Below the pieces are notes generated by a model, which had not been told where the DNA came from, did no database searches, and worked only from the letters and a program-made list of their open reading frames with translations. This document shows, piece after piece, positions 1-12,340 of a DNA stretch of 64,000 bases. The translations under genes were made by a program, and so were the position numbers. The stretch covers positions 124,001 through 188,000 of the forward strand of contig NC_043005.1 in NCBI RefSeq assembly GCF_006345805.1, in the 5' to 3' direction. The stretch comes from Octopus sinensis. Taxonomy: Eukaryota. Every line of letters begins with the position of its first letter. Position 1 is the first letter of the stretch.

Positions 1-619
1 GAAATACGTGGGCCTGACAGAGGTAATTTCAAGGCCAGGTTCAATAACCACACTTTGAGCTTTAGGCACTGGAACAAAAGAAAAGCGACACAATTATCCA
101 ATCATATTTGGTCTTTAAGAGATAAAGGTGTCGATTATAACATACAATGGAAGATTTTGGCCAGATGTAAGCCCTATACTAACGGCAGCGGAAGGTGCGG
201 TTTATGCGACATGGAGAGATGGCTTATCTGGAAAAGCAGCTTAGACCCTACCACATGTCTAAATACAAGGACAGAGCTTTTCGGATCATGCCCCATGTGA
301 CTAAATTTCTGTTACGTTTTTGGTCCCCTAAAGAAAACGGATAGAACATGCTTTCTGTGTTATGTCCCAAGAAGATTTTATATATTTTTATATATTTTTC
401 TGTATTTTTATATAATTTTTATGACGAAAAATGCGAGCAATGTATAAGTACGCAGGCAAGCAGAGTTATAACAGAGTAATTTCCCTTCATTTTTAACGGT
501 ATTTTTTCATAACGTTTTCAAATAGCCAGATAACCGAAGAGATGGTGTTGTGGATTTCCACTTCGGCATCTGAAACTCAGAGTTTTATCTTGACTACCGA
601 GTAATGTAACATATTGTAT

Positions 620-620
<1 letters not shown>
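1..620 (+). mobile_element. Penelope-like element (Neptune-type), 3' fragment: GIY-YIG endonuclease C-terminus plus terminal region
   Basis: Bases 1-300 encode KYVGLTE...SFRHWNKRKATQLSNHIWSL...IQWKIL...CGLCDME...LNTRTELFGSC, matching the PLE GIY-YIG pattern (YxG, CxLC, LNxRxEL). An AT-rich UTR and a hammerhead fold follow, ending at a (TA)n tract. Confidence 0.88.
523..596 (+). ncRNA. Minimal type I hammerhead ribozyme, variant core (PLE-associated)
   Basis: Stem I AGATAA 528-533 pairs with TTATCT 585-590. Core CCGAAGA 534-540 (consensus CUGANGA). Stem II GATG...GTGGA-TT-TCCAC...CATC 541-570. GAAAC 572-576. Short stem III CTC-A-GAG, then GTT cleavage triplet 582-584. Confidence 0.75.
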
Positions 621-674
<54 letters not shown>

Positions 675-678
<4 letters not shown>

Positions 679-740
679 AGGTTAATCCAAACGAGAAAAC
701 AGAAAAAGACAACAACACAAAGAGGTGGAACAATTAAGTT
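675..740. repeat. 67-bp module M, copy 1, flanked by (TA)n on both sides
   Basis: CATAAGGTTAATCCAAACGAGAAAACAGAAAAAGACAACAACACAAAGAGGTGGAACAATTAAGTT recurs at 11449 and 24085. Confidence 0.9.
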
Positions 741-875
741 ATATATATATATATATATGTATATACATACATACATACATATATACTTTGATACTTTGAT
801 ACTTTGTTAGGTTTCGGCCATTATTGGCCCAGGCCATGTCTAACTTAATAGCACCACCTGGTGAAGTCTTTCAAG

Positions 876-3860
876 TCAGAATTTGGGCATTATGGCCCAT
901 TCAAGTAGAGAGTTATTGTTTACAGAGACATATCCAGGTGTAGGGGGTTTATCCGGGATTTCTTGAAGGAATCTGTCCAAAGACCTCTTGAACCCTATAA
1001 GGTCAGTTTCTGTTTTAATGTGTTTTGGTGTAATGTTAAAGAGAGCGGCGCCAATTGAGGTGAAATAATTGTGCCGTATTGTTGTTATGAGATGAGAGTG
1101 CGATTTTTGTTTTGGGCGGATGGCACGGGGCCCAAGCCTTGGATGTACCTTAAAGGTGATGCCAACATCATTTGGGCAATGCTGATGGAATATTTTCCAC
1201 ATCATGCAGATGATGTAGCGCTCACGACGACGTTGGAGAGAATAAAGTTTCAGCTTTTCTAGTCGACCCCAATAGTCGAGGCCTGTCATGCCATCTATCT
1301 TTTTTGTGATTGCCCTTTGAGGTGCTTCAACCTTTATGATACCTTGTATTGTGTGGGGAGACCACAGTGGACAACAGTATTCAAGGTGGGATCGGGCAAA
1401 AGTGGAGAAGAGAAGGATAATGGTGTGGATATCTCTCGACTGGAAAGTTGTGAGAATCCAGGAACACATTCTGCGGGCCATGTCGACTTTGGTGTTTATA
1501 TGAGTGGCCCAGCTTATGTTGTTGTCCACAATTACTCCCAAGTCTCTGATGTTGTTGGACGCCGCGAGAGTTTCACCTGAAGGATGGGAGTATGGGAGTT
1601 TCAGGGCATCCTCTTTTCCAAAGTGGATTAACTCAAATTTATCCTCGTTCAGCAGCATATTGTTTTTTTCTGCCCATTGGATAACAGCCAGTAGATCTGA
1701 CTGAAGGCATGTCCGGTCACTCGCCTCATTTATGACCTTCTGTAGCTTGGAATCATCTGCAAAGATTTTTATGTTGCTGTGCTTGATGATGTCATTAATG
1801 TCATTAATGTAAATGATGAAAAGAAGTGGGCCCAGCACAGTGCCTTGCGGAACGCCACTACTGACTTTGGCTGGGCTTGATTTTACCCCTTCAACTACAA
1901 CATGTTGAGATCTGTCTGTCAGGAAACACTTGATCCATTCAGTAACTTTCCAGAGACACCAATGTTGGATAGTGTTTTCAATAGGATCTTGTGATCGACC
2001 CTGTCGAAGGCCTTACTGAAATCAAGGTAGATGACATCGGTGTTGGAGCCCTCTCCCAAAGCTCTCAAAATGTCATCAAAGTGATGCAGGAGCTGCGTTA
2101 GGCAGTCCCTTCCATTACGGAACCCATGTTGGTTGGAGATCAGCCGTCTGTTGCTTTCCAGAAATTGGGTTATTCGAGATCTCACCACCCTCTCAAATAC
2201 CTTGATGATATGAGAGGTGAGTGAGATCGGACGGTAGTTCACTGCAAGGGACTTGTTTCCCTTTTTGAAAACTGGGACAACAGACTGGGACAGAAGGTTT
2301 TTGGAATATAGCCAGCATCCAGTGAGTTTCTCCACAGATTAGCAAGGGGAGATGCAAGTTGGTGTCGACACACCTTCAGGACACACGCAGGGAACCTATC
2401 GGGGCCTACTGCTGAATTGTGTTTTATTTCGTTTATCGCCGCTAGGCATCAGGGACACTAAACGTTATGTCCGATATAGTGTGTTGGGGGTTGACATCAC
2501 TGATACAGCCCAGATCGGCCATATCAGGATTGCTGAAAACAGAGCAGTATTGTTTCTGCAGTATCTCGGCCATGGATTTGGCATTTACTTGGAGAGTGCC
2601 AGTTTCATCAATTAGAGGGCCAACAATGGAGACAGTGACCCTGCGTTTCCTCGCAAATGAAAAAGAACACTTTGGTGTTGAGTTTGATTTTTTCAATGGC
2701 CCACTTCTCCTCAGCTGATCTTTGGTTATTGATGAGGGTCTTCATGCATTGTTGGAGGTTATATTTTTTGGATTCAAGCAGTGCGATAGCCGTCGAATGT
2801 GTGTTGCTGTTGGCAGTACTTTAGTTTGTTAATTTTTTGTTTGTTCTTTTTATTTTTCTGATAATGGTTTTCTGTTTTGGGGGATTCTGCACTTTTTGTT
2901 CACAGGTCTTGGTGGGGAGTGTTTTGCACATATGTCTGTGACGGTGTCTACAAAGATCTGCCAAGATGTTTATGGTTGGTGGAGATGTGTGTATGTGTAA
3001 AGGACCAGTCAACATGTGATAGCTCGTTCCTGATTGCATCCCAGTTGGCATTATGGAGATCCATGTTGTCAAATGTGTGGGCTGGAGGGAGGTCGCTAGG
3101 ATTAGCTTTCGGCTGGTGGAATTTCATGTTACAGAGAACCATGTCATGGTCTGAAAGAAGGGTTTTTTTCCACTGTAGCGTTATGTATAGTGTTAGTGTG
3201 GTTACTAAACACTAGGTCCAAAATGTTCTGATGTCATGTTGGTGCAAGGACAAGTTGGGACAAGAAAAACTCATTCGTAAAGTCGAAAAGTGACTCTGCT
3301 GCTTCTTTGTCAGCGGTTGAGGCGGGAGTGCTTGGTTTCAAGCAGTTTGTAGTCCAGTCAACACAGGGTAGATTGAAGTCTCCCATCATGAGTAGGTTGC
3401 TAGAATGGCACTGTTGAATAAAGCACTTAATGCTGTTCAGGCATTCTTTAAAGCACAGTGGGTTTTGGGGCGGCCTATAGAGCCCAATTACTGTCAGGTC
3501 ATTGGCTTTGTTGTGCACGGTGACTGATTCACACTAGCCGTTGGAGAATATACTATTTCCATCTGCTGTAAACGAGTCATGCAGGAAAATGGCAGTTCCA
3601 CCCTTCCTCCTGCCGATACGATCCGCGCGGATGGTGTGTGTGAATTCTTCACTCTCACTTCGGCTTCCAAGTGGGAGTTGTCAAGGTGGGTCTCAGTGAG
3701 AATGAAGAAAGGGATGTGGTGTGGATGGTTACCAACCCAGTCTTCAATGAATTGGACCTTCCATTTTTGTGCATTGATGGAAGGGCTGACACCTTGTGCA
3801 TTGAGTAGAAATGTGGAAGTTAGTGTAGTGGCTGGTTTTGACTGTTGCAGGGGGCTTGGA
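876..3860 (-). pseudogene. LINE B1 ORF2 (APE endonuclease + reverse transcriptase), split by frameshifts
   Basis: ORF pieces 3494-3904, 3234-3518, 2948-3142, 2442-2696, 1919-2335 and 876-1838 are colinear with the continuous ORF2 at 28181-31237. Confidence 0.9.
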
Positions 3861-3980
3861 TTTTTTGTGTGTGTTAGTGGCAGCAATGTGGGGAATTGGT
3901 GCACTGGGGTAATAGCATAGGATGGTGTTGAGTGATGGCTAGAATATTTTTGTGTATCTCTTTTGCCATGTTCAACATGG

Positions 3981-5101
3981 CTAAAAAAGAATTTTCCTGC
4001 TTAGGGAGAAGTTTTTGACTGGAGGTGTGGTTGCACTGTTGAATGGGGTTGTAGTTTCCACTTTTGTTGTTGTTGTTTTGTGTCTTCCTGAAAAGACTGG
4101 ACCAGCATTACTGCAGCATGGTGTGTTTCTATTTTTTATTTTTATTCAGTTTGTGTGTTGGCTTGAAGCCCCGTTTCTGTTTGTGCGTCGGGTCCCTGGA
4201 AGATGAGTGAAGGGACAGTCACTCAGCAGACATGTTCTCTCACGTTGGGAATACCGGCAGATTTTGGGACTACGAGTCGTGTGTGTTTTGAATTTCGATT
4301 TACTATTTGGTGGTGTTGATGTTATTGTGGGATGCGTGCTTTGGCCTTGGCCGGTAGTGCGTCTAGTGCCGGGTAGATGCGTGAAGATGCAGTCACTATT
4401 TGTGCAGAGTCTCTGGCGCAGTGAATAGCGGCATATTTGGGGTTTCTTGTTTGTGCCGTGGGGGGCGCATTCTGCTTCCTATGTTTCTTTATGTTTTTGT
4501 TACTGCAGTAGTATTGAGGTGGTGATGTGGGGGAAGAGGGCAGTGGTTTCTTATTTGTTTTTGTGTGGTATTTTTGGTGATAGAAGACGATGGTGGAAGC
4601 GGTGGTGATGATGATGATGATAATTGTGGTGGTTGCCGTGAGAGCGGTGAAAAGATACTGGCATTTAGTGAATCATCTAGTATGCTAGAGTTGAAGAGTG
4701 GCTGTTGTTGTTCTTGTTGCTGTGGCTGTTGTTGTTGTTGTTGTGCTTGACCGATGTTAGGGTCAGCCATTGTGCTGGGAACCAGGAGTGGTTCATTCTG
4801 TTGTTGTTGTTGTTGTTGTGGCTGCTGATTTTCTAGCTGTTGCTGTTCTTGAACAGTGAAAATATAAAGAAGCTTTTCAAAATGGCCTTTTGTCAGTTTG
4901 AAAGATACTTCGATGTTTCAGCTTGCTACGAATCTGTTTGACGGATCGTGTGTTGACCACTTGTGATGTTTTTTCGGCAATCTCATTCAAACACAAAACA
5001 TTAAAATTTTCTGTTTGGGAAAGAGAGAACCATGTGTTTATTAAAACATCAATTTCATTATCAGACCAATTTCGTCTGTTGCAGGCCTGCAAGCTAGTCA
5101 T
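3981..5101 (-). pseudogene. LINE B1 ORF1: Myb/SANT-like domain, Q-rich linker, two tandem CCCH zinc fingers
   Basis: Manual translation gives NWSDNEIDVLINTW...EIAEK...TRSVKQIRSKLK, Q runs, ICRYSLRQRLCTNSDCIFTHLPGT and ICRYSQRERTCLLSDCPFTHLPGT. It contains frameshifts and in-frame stops. Confidence 0.78.
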
Positions 5102-5447
5102 GTTTGTTTTTCTTTTGATTTTTGATATATATATATATATTCTTTCTTGGGAGTAAAAGAAGTGTATCAATATATAAATGTTCTCTCTTAAGGGTGTGAG
5201 TTATTGATTATTTGGTTGTTTGAGGATATTAAAAGAAAAACAAGTGTATATAACAATTTGTAGTTAAATAAAAACGTACTTACGGGTTTGTAGGCAAACA
5301 CGTGATTACAAATATATATATATTTAAGGTCAGTTAAGTTTTGAAGCTGTGTAGCTTGCTACTGACTTGGGAGAGAAACAAATAGACGTCCATCCAGTTC
5401 AACAGAGGCACTACATATATATGTATATATATATATATATGATATAT

Positions 5448-6149
5448 AAAAACTTAGATAAAACTTAGATATGTTTCGACCAGAGATTGGTCCAGGCCAT
5501 GTCTAACTTAATAGCACCACCTGATAGGATTATTCGAATCCTGTTTAAGTCAAGTTTTGTTCAAGTAGTGAGTTCTTGTTGGGTGAGTTGTATCCAATTA
5601 TGGGTGGCTTATCTGGTATTCTTTGAAGGAATCTATCCAGACTCTGTTTGAAGTTGATGGGATCCTTTTCCTCTTTGATCTCCCTCGGGACAATGTTAAA
5701 TAGGGCAGGGCCTGTTGAGAAAAAGAAATTATGTTGCAATGTACATGTATGTTGTGATCTTGAGTTTGGCAGGGGACGTATAGCCCGTGGTCCAAGTCTT
5801 GGATGAACCTTGAAGCTAATGTTTAGGTCGTTTGGGCAAAGTTGGCGGTATATTTTCCACATCGTACAATGATGTACCGCTCACGGCGTCGCTGGAGGGA
5901 GTAAAGTTTCAAGGCTTTAAGGCGATCCCAATAATCGAGAGCAGCCATGCCTTCAATTTGGTTAGTGAGAGCCCTCTCGGGTGACTCAATTCTGGAGATG
6001 TTTTGTCTTGTGTGAGGAGACCACAGTGGGCAGCAGTATTCAAGGTGTGGCCGTACAAAGGAGGAAAAAAGTGGTATGATGACACCTTGTTCTCTCGACC
6101 GGAAAGTTCTTAAGATCCAGGAACTCATCCTACGGGATATATCGACCTT
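5448..6149 (-). mobile_element. 5'-truncated CR1-type LINE, family B2, 3' 0.7 kb
   Basis: RT C-terminus (RPHLEYCCPLWSP, LYSLQRRRERY) and (TATCTAAGTTT)n tail. Nearly identical to 28051-28790. (TA)n directly at both junctions. Confidence 0.92.
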
Positions 6150-6155
6150 ATATAC

Positions 6156-6247
<92 letters not shown>

Positions 6248-6284
6248 TGCCGGGGGGGGAGTGTTTGTCCTGTATCTGTCTCTG

Positions 6285-6485
6285 TTTATCTCCACCTCTC
6301 ATCGATTGATAACTGAAGCTGATGTGTTTACATCCCTGTCACGTAGCGGTTCGCCAAAAGAATCTGCTGGAATAAGTACTATGCTTACCAAGAATAAGTC
6401 TTGGCGTCGATTTGTTCGCCTATGTGCGGTGCCTCAGCATGGCCGTAGTCAAGTTACTGAGAAAAGTAAAAGAATAAAAGAATAT
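6285..6485 (+). mobile_element. Cephalopod-type SINE, 3' half, degenerate (present in each U copy)
   Basis: ...TAGCGGTTCGCCAAAAGAATC...GAATAAG...GCGGTGCCTCAGCATGGCCGTAGTC...AAAAGAATAAAAGAAT, homologous to the minus-strand SINE at 56545-56760. Confidence 0.75.
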
Positions 6486-6491
6486 ATTCAC

Positions 6492-6566
<75 letters not shown>

Positions 6567-6584
6567 TGTATTTCTGTCTCTGTT

Positions 6585-6780
6585 TTGTCCCCCACCTTCA
6601 CTTCAGAACCGGTGTTGGTGTTTCTACTTCCCCGTAAATTAGCGGTTCGGCTAAACAGATCGAGAGAATAAGAACAAGGCCTACAGAGAATAAGTTCTGG
6701 CTTCTATTTCTTCGTCTAAAAGCAGTGCTCCTGCATGGCCGCAGTCCGTGATTGTAATAACTGAAACACATAAAAGATTA
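6585..6780 (+). mobile_element. Second SINE 3' half, same family
   Basis: TTTGTCCCCCACC...TTAGCGGTTCGGC...GCAGTGCTCCTGCATGGCCGCAGTC...ACTGAAAC. Confidence 0.75.
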
Positions 6781-8274
6781 CACACACATACACACACACA
6801 CACACACACAATGGCGTCATTGTTACTGAAATCTTTTTATTGATAAACAGGTAAGGAATGTGTGCATACACCCACCCACATGCAATGGCTTCGTTGTTAC
6901 GGAGATCTTTATATTGATAAATCTTAAGATCTCGTTGCATTTGCAAACAGTATAGCTTTCCCTAAGCAGGAAGGCTAAACTCTAGAGCTTGACGTTCTGA
7001 TTGGACCAAGTGGTGTCCTGGTTGTGCATCAAGCATCAGGTTAACTTTTATTCATGCTTTATTATTTTTGTTTGTTTGTTACTTTGGTCTACGTGTTTTT
7101 CAAATCTGGGCTTCGTTTCCGGCCTAGGGTTATACAATTTCTGCATATTTTCTTTATGTAACTTTACTGCTTTTATTTTTTCCTTTTTTCTTTTTTCTTT
7201 TTCGTTTTGCTCTCTTCTGTTTTCTATTTTTTCTTTTTAAGTCTCTTATTCTCTTTGTATTTTGTTTTTTAGTTTTTTTGTTTTTACCTGACACACACTT
7301 AACCGGTTGAATGGAACTTCTCACAGCATCTTCCGTTTCACTTTCCGTACCAACTTTCATTCCTGCATTTTATACTATTTCCAGATTAACGTTCTGCTAG
7401 AAAACAAAGACGAATTCTCAGAAATTCATTGTCTTCAGCTCCCTATCTTCTCAGATTCTCACACATAAACTGCACTGAACTTTATATATTTTTCATTGGC
7501 TTTCGTAATTTTATTCACAGTTCTTATTCACTTGAAACCTCTTATGATTCAACCAATAAATATTTATGAAAACCCCTTTTTCGTAACGGATGGTTGCGGT
7601 CAGCTAAATGTCGTAATCTCTCCGTTTTGTAATCAAATAGAGGAGATTCAATTCAAGGGAGACATGTTTTAGTTTCAAATATTTTTGACTTGCAAATTGT
7701 TGCATGGAATCCCTTCTCGATGACGCGTACCCTAAAACGCATGGATTAAATCAACTCTTCCGTCTTCTTCACTAAGCCTTTCACATAACTAAATCTTTCT
7801 TGGTGGAATTTGAATATTTAAACTGAATATAGGAATAGATATTCATATGAGACGCTTGATAGCTTTCCTCTTTGTAGACAGCGTTGTATAATTAACGAGC
7901 GGAGAATAACTCGGACAATACTCCATTCCGTGTGTCCTCCTCTCGTAATAGAAGCGTCGGGTGGCTGTCATGATACACAGATAGTCTTGGACATTCAAAC
8001 CATGCTGGTTCTCGTGTTTCGCGAGCTCTGACAGAAACAGAATCCTTGCAGTGAGGAAGAAAAGGAGGCAGAGAGATGAGAATCGGCACAAAGAAGGGAA
8101 TTAGTAATTTATCGATAATGAAACAGCGAAAGGCATAAGTGGCCTGAGAGATGAGATTCGGACAAGAATGTAGAGAAAAGGAAAGACTACACAAGAAATT
8201 CTGTTGCATGCCAATCCGATGCCAATGTTTGCTAATAGTAATGGTGCAGTGGAACATAACATATATAGCAGGGT

Positions 8275-8393
8275 CACTAGCATAGCTGGCGTAGGGCGGT
8301 AGTGTGGTCCGCCAGGGCGGCACTTTTAAAGGGGTCTGGATGCGGCAAACGTAGGGGCCACCCCGGGCGGCACACATTCTAGTTCCGTTAGTG
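8275..8393. mobile_element. hAT-type MITE, 119 bp (also ~18854-18973, 26147-26266, 39522-39642)
   Basis: Imperfect 15-bp TIRs CACTAGCATAGCTGG / CTAGTTCCGTTAGTG. 8-bp TSD AGCAGGGT / AGCACGGT (7 of 8 match). Confidence 0.7.
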
Positions 8394-8819
8394 AGCACGG
8401 TGTATACATTTCATTTATATAATAGTAATGGAAGCACTTTAGTGTAGAAAGTAATCCGTGCTCCGTGTGGCAGAACTGATCCTAATAAAGCGGTAATTAC
8501 GAAAGATCTGTATTTCTAGGAACAATGGAGGCAGTTCTGAGAATCTGGCTCCGAAATATCGTTTGCCGTGTGTTGGGAGAAACTGTTGGAAAGTTTCGAC
8601 TCACTCGCTAGGAAATAATTTATGTGAGAGAAGCGCAACTATTTGTATAGACATAAAAATCAATAATAATTTATAAGCTAGGCAAAGAATGCCTACAGAA
8701 ATAAACACACATGGGGAGCGCCCTGTATTGAGCCTCTTTATGTTGAAGCATCTGCAGACGTATGACAAGTGGTGAAACATCATTTCACTATGGCAATATG
8801 AAATGGAAATATTTACCGA

Positions 8820-11013
8820 CCTCCTACACACACAGAAGTAAGACTCATGCTCTCAGGAACGACTCATTGCAAACAAACACAGGTGGAGTCACCTGCTCTA
8901 CCTCACCAATGCACTAGTCATGGAAAAAGTTGTACTCAGACCAACTAGGGAGAATAACATTTTGGATCTCTGCTTCACAATCAATATAGACATCATTCAT
9001 GATGTGAAAGTAACGCCGACATTAGTCTCGGATCACAACATAATAGAGCTTTCTATGTTTGGGCCGAAAGTAGCCAGAGGCATACAGCCAAAAGGAAGCA
9101 CCCTAAATCTCTCCAATCGGAACTTCCACAAAGTAGACTGGAAACCGATCCAAAAAGAGATCCGCAGACAGGACTGTCCGAAATATCTCTCCACACCAGA
9201 CATTGGCATGAAACTAGAATATTTCATGTCTGTTATGCAAGCCATATGCCAGAAATATGTTCCAGAGCACAAGGCCACAACAAATTGGAACAAGATTCCA
9301 AAGGAGAGGAAGATTCTCATGATATGACGGACGAAGGTTGCAAATCGCCTCAACCAAAAAGTAGTGAAAGGTCCCGCCTAAAAACAACACTGATGTAGAT
9401 TGGATAAAGATTGCAACAATTTTGAGAGGGAGAGAGTAGACAAAGAAGCCTGGGTTAGTAAAAACATTAGTAAAAACAGAGCTTTCTTGCAAATGGCAGA
9501 CTGCCAAGCAAGCTGAAGGAGGGAATAATATGCCCAATCAATAAAGGAAGCAGAGCAGATGCCAAAACCATAGGCATATCTCTCTGACTTCACACATCAG
9601 CAAAGTCAAGGAACAGATCGTCAGAGGGAAACCAATTGCATACCTTGAAGAAAATAATTTGTTGAGTGATACCCAGCATGACTTTCGAACAGGTAGGAGC
9701 TGCCTGACCCAGCTCTTACAACATTATGACTTGGTGTTGAGGCAGTTACTCAACAACTCAAATGTGGACGTAACATACCTTGATTTCGCAAAAGCTGTTG
9801 ATTAGGGTATGATATGCCACAAACTGCGATTTCTCGGCGTAGCAGGAAAACTTGTTGTGTGGTTACATGACTTTCTGAAAGATAGAAGTCAGGAAGTAGT
9901 GGCCAATGGTGCCACCTCAACGAAAACACAAATAGTGAGCGGTGTTCCACAGGGCACTGTCTTGGCACCGCTGCTTTTCATAGTGGCCCTCTTAGATATG
10001 CCCTCAACTGCCCGGATAGCTACCCTTGCAAGGTACGCAGACGATACGAATGTCTCGTAGAAAATACAGAAGCCCAGCAATGTTGCACACCTGCAGCAGG
10101 AGATGACCTCAATTTACAGATGGGCTGAGGATAATAATATGCAGTTAAATGCTGAAAAATTCCAAGCCCTGCGCCACCAGCATCCAAAACTGAATATGAA
10201 ACTTACAGGGTACACTGGTCCACAGGGAATTTTAATCCCAGAGCCTAAGTCAATGAAGGACCTGGGTATCGACATGCGTGATGATACCGCTTTTCAAGTG
10301 CACATTACCAGGATGGTGACAAAGTGCAGACAACTGACTCGATGGATCCTGAGAATATTCAGAACGAGCGAGTAGGAAACCACGATGGTCCTCTGGAGGA
10401 CATTCTTCTCCAGCTGCATGGATTCCTGCTTCCAGCTATGGTCACCCAACAGTGTAAAATTAACAGCGGACCTTGAAGCAATCCAGCGAAGCTTCACAAA
10501 GAAGATCGTCTCATTGCAACAGCTCAGCTAATTGGAAAGGCTACAACAGCTAAGACTCTACTCCCTGAAGCTAAGGCGGGAGAGGTATTCAGTAATATAT
10601 ACATCTGGAAGATCCTGGAAGGAATTGTGCCAAATTTTGGCATTGGAAGCTACATCAATGCAAGGAACGGGTCGACACCGCACACTGCCAAATATCCCAG
10701 CAATGCCATCGAGCTTCAGGACCAGTTACTGCAACAACCTGTGTTTCGGGGGCCCACATCTTGTTTAATATTCTCCCAAAGAACCTGAGGAATCTGCACA
10801 AAGTAAATGTAGGCGTTTTTCAATCAAAGCTGGACGTCTTCCTGTCGAGAGTCCCAGATGAACGTACCTCAAGGCAAGAGGTGCAAATGAGGGTAGCTAT
10901 ATCAAACTCCATTCTAAACCAAGTGGCATATATTAGAGGAGGATCTCAGTAATCAGTGTAGCAAAACAGCGGTGCTCCAACATGGCCACAGCAATGAGCT
11001 GAAATTATAAAAA
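8820..11013 (+). pseudogene. Decayed CR1-type LINE family D (relative of family C), copy 1, with internal deletions
   Basis: Fragments PTRENNILDLCFT, GVPQGTVL, YADD, LYSLKLRRERY and TSRQEVQMR, with many stops. 3' end CATGGCCACAGCAATGAGCTGAAAT. About 0.4 kb deleted near 9480 relative to copies 2 and 4. Confidence 0.9.
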
Positions 11014-11022
11014 TGTATGTAC

Positions 11023-11065
<43 letters not shown>

Positions 11066-11069
11066 AAAA

Positions 11070-11404
11070 GCGCATGGCTCAGTGGTTAGAGCGTCGAGCT
11101 TACGATCGTGAGGTTGTGAGCTCGAATCCCGTACCGGGCTGCGTGTTGTGTTCTTGAGCAAGGCACTTTATTTAACGTTGCTCCAGTTCACTCAGCTGTA
11201 GAAATGAGTTGCGACGTCACTGGTGCCAAGCTGTATCGACCTTTGTCTTTCCCTTGGATAACATTGGTGGCGTGGAGAGGGGAGGCTGGTATGCATGGGC
11301 GACTGCTGGTCTTCCGTAAACAACCTTGCCCGGACTTGTGTCTAGGAGGGCAACAGTCTAGGTGCAATCCCATGGTCATTCATGAACGAAGGGGGTCTTT
11401 ACCC

Positions 11405-11408
<4 letters not shown>
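11070..11408 (+). mobile_element. tRNA-derived SINE with CORE/Meta-like central domain, copy 1
   Basis: A box TGGCTCAGTGG, B box GCTCGAATCC, central GTGTTCTTGAGCAAGGCACTTTA...CACTCAGCTGTAGAAATGAGT, 3' hairpin, then (TA)n. Confidence 0.8.
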
Positions 11409-11448
<40 letters not shown>

Positions 11449-11452
<4 letters not shown>

Positions 11453-11515
11453 AGTTTAATCCAAACGAGAAAACCGAAAAAGACAACAACACAAAGAGGT
11501 GGAACAATTAAAGTT
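11449..11515. repeat. Module M, copy 2
   Basis: Same 67-bp sequence between (TA)n tracts. Confidence 0.9.
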
Positions 11516-11956
11516 ATATATATATATATATATGTATATACATACATACATACATATATATATGTATATATATATATACATATGTGATAAAAAAAACAAG
11601 ACGGTTTGCATGATTCGACGAATTAATAGGCGAAAACTCATAAAAAACGTAGAAATTGTTACCTTATAGACGTGTACTTGGATATTTTGGTTAAAAACCG
11701 CAATACATTCTGCTACAAGTCAAGTTTGTACACTTGAGTTCAACAACGCACGCCAGATTTTCCTCTTTCGAAATTAGCACGTGGTGAAATCTTCAAAATT
11801 TATTTCCAGTCAACTCTAACAGCAAAAAAGAACCGTTTTTCTTTTCTTTCATTGAAAAACCTCTTCGTATACCTTCTATAAGATAAGTACCCTTATTACA
11901 TTAATTAATTTACCCGTAAATAAACGTAAGGTCTGTTTACATTCTGTAAAAATCAA

Positions 11957-12137
11957 TCTATCGTTAATATACATATATATATCGTCAATTCTATCGTTAA
12001 TATATACATATATATATATCGTTTATTTCTATCGTTAATTCTGTAATTCTATCGTAATAATCTATCGTTAATAAATATATATATATATATCGTAAATTCT
12101 ATCGTTGATTCTGTAATTCTATCGTAGTAATCTATCG

Positions 12138-12168
<31 letters not shown>

Positions 12169-12282
12169 CGTTAATTCTATCGTTAATTCTGTAATTCTAT
12201 CGTAATAATCTATCGTTAATATACATATATATATCGTTTATTTCTATCGTTAATTCTGTAATTCTATCGTAATAATCTATCG

Positions 12283-12340
<58 letters not shown>

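Larger units (their letters stand above)
783..5412 (-). mobile_element. Full-length CR1-type LINE, family B (copy B1), frameshifted
   Basis: On the minus strand: 5' UTR, ORF1 (Myb-like, polyQ, two CCCH), APE (TFLLNAQG, FILTETHL, GDFNLP), RT (QHGF, YLDFSKAFD, GVPQG, FADD), 3' stem-loop and (TATCAAAG)n tail. (TA)n on both sides. Confidence 0.92.
6249..11408 (+). repeat. Composite tandem unit U, copy 1
   Basis: Colinear and highly similar to 16847-22357, 24262-28027 and 37500-42641. Confidence 0.95.

Noticed and set aside
7843-8398. ORFs of 82-168 aa conserved across all U copies
   Set aside because: Conserved only because the unit was recently duplicated. No recognisable domain, and ORF ends vary between copies.
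11070-11140. tRNA gene-like A and B boxes (also 22018, 37305, 42928, 62299)
   Set aside because: No cloverleaf, and each continues into SINE body sequence, so these are SINE heads.
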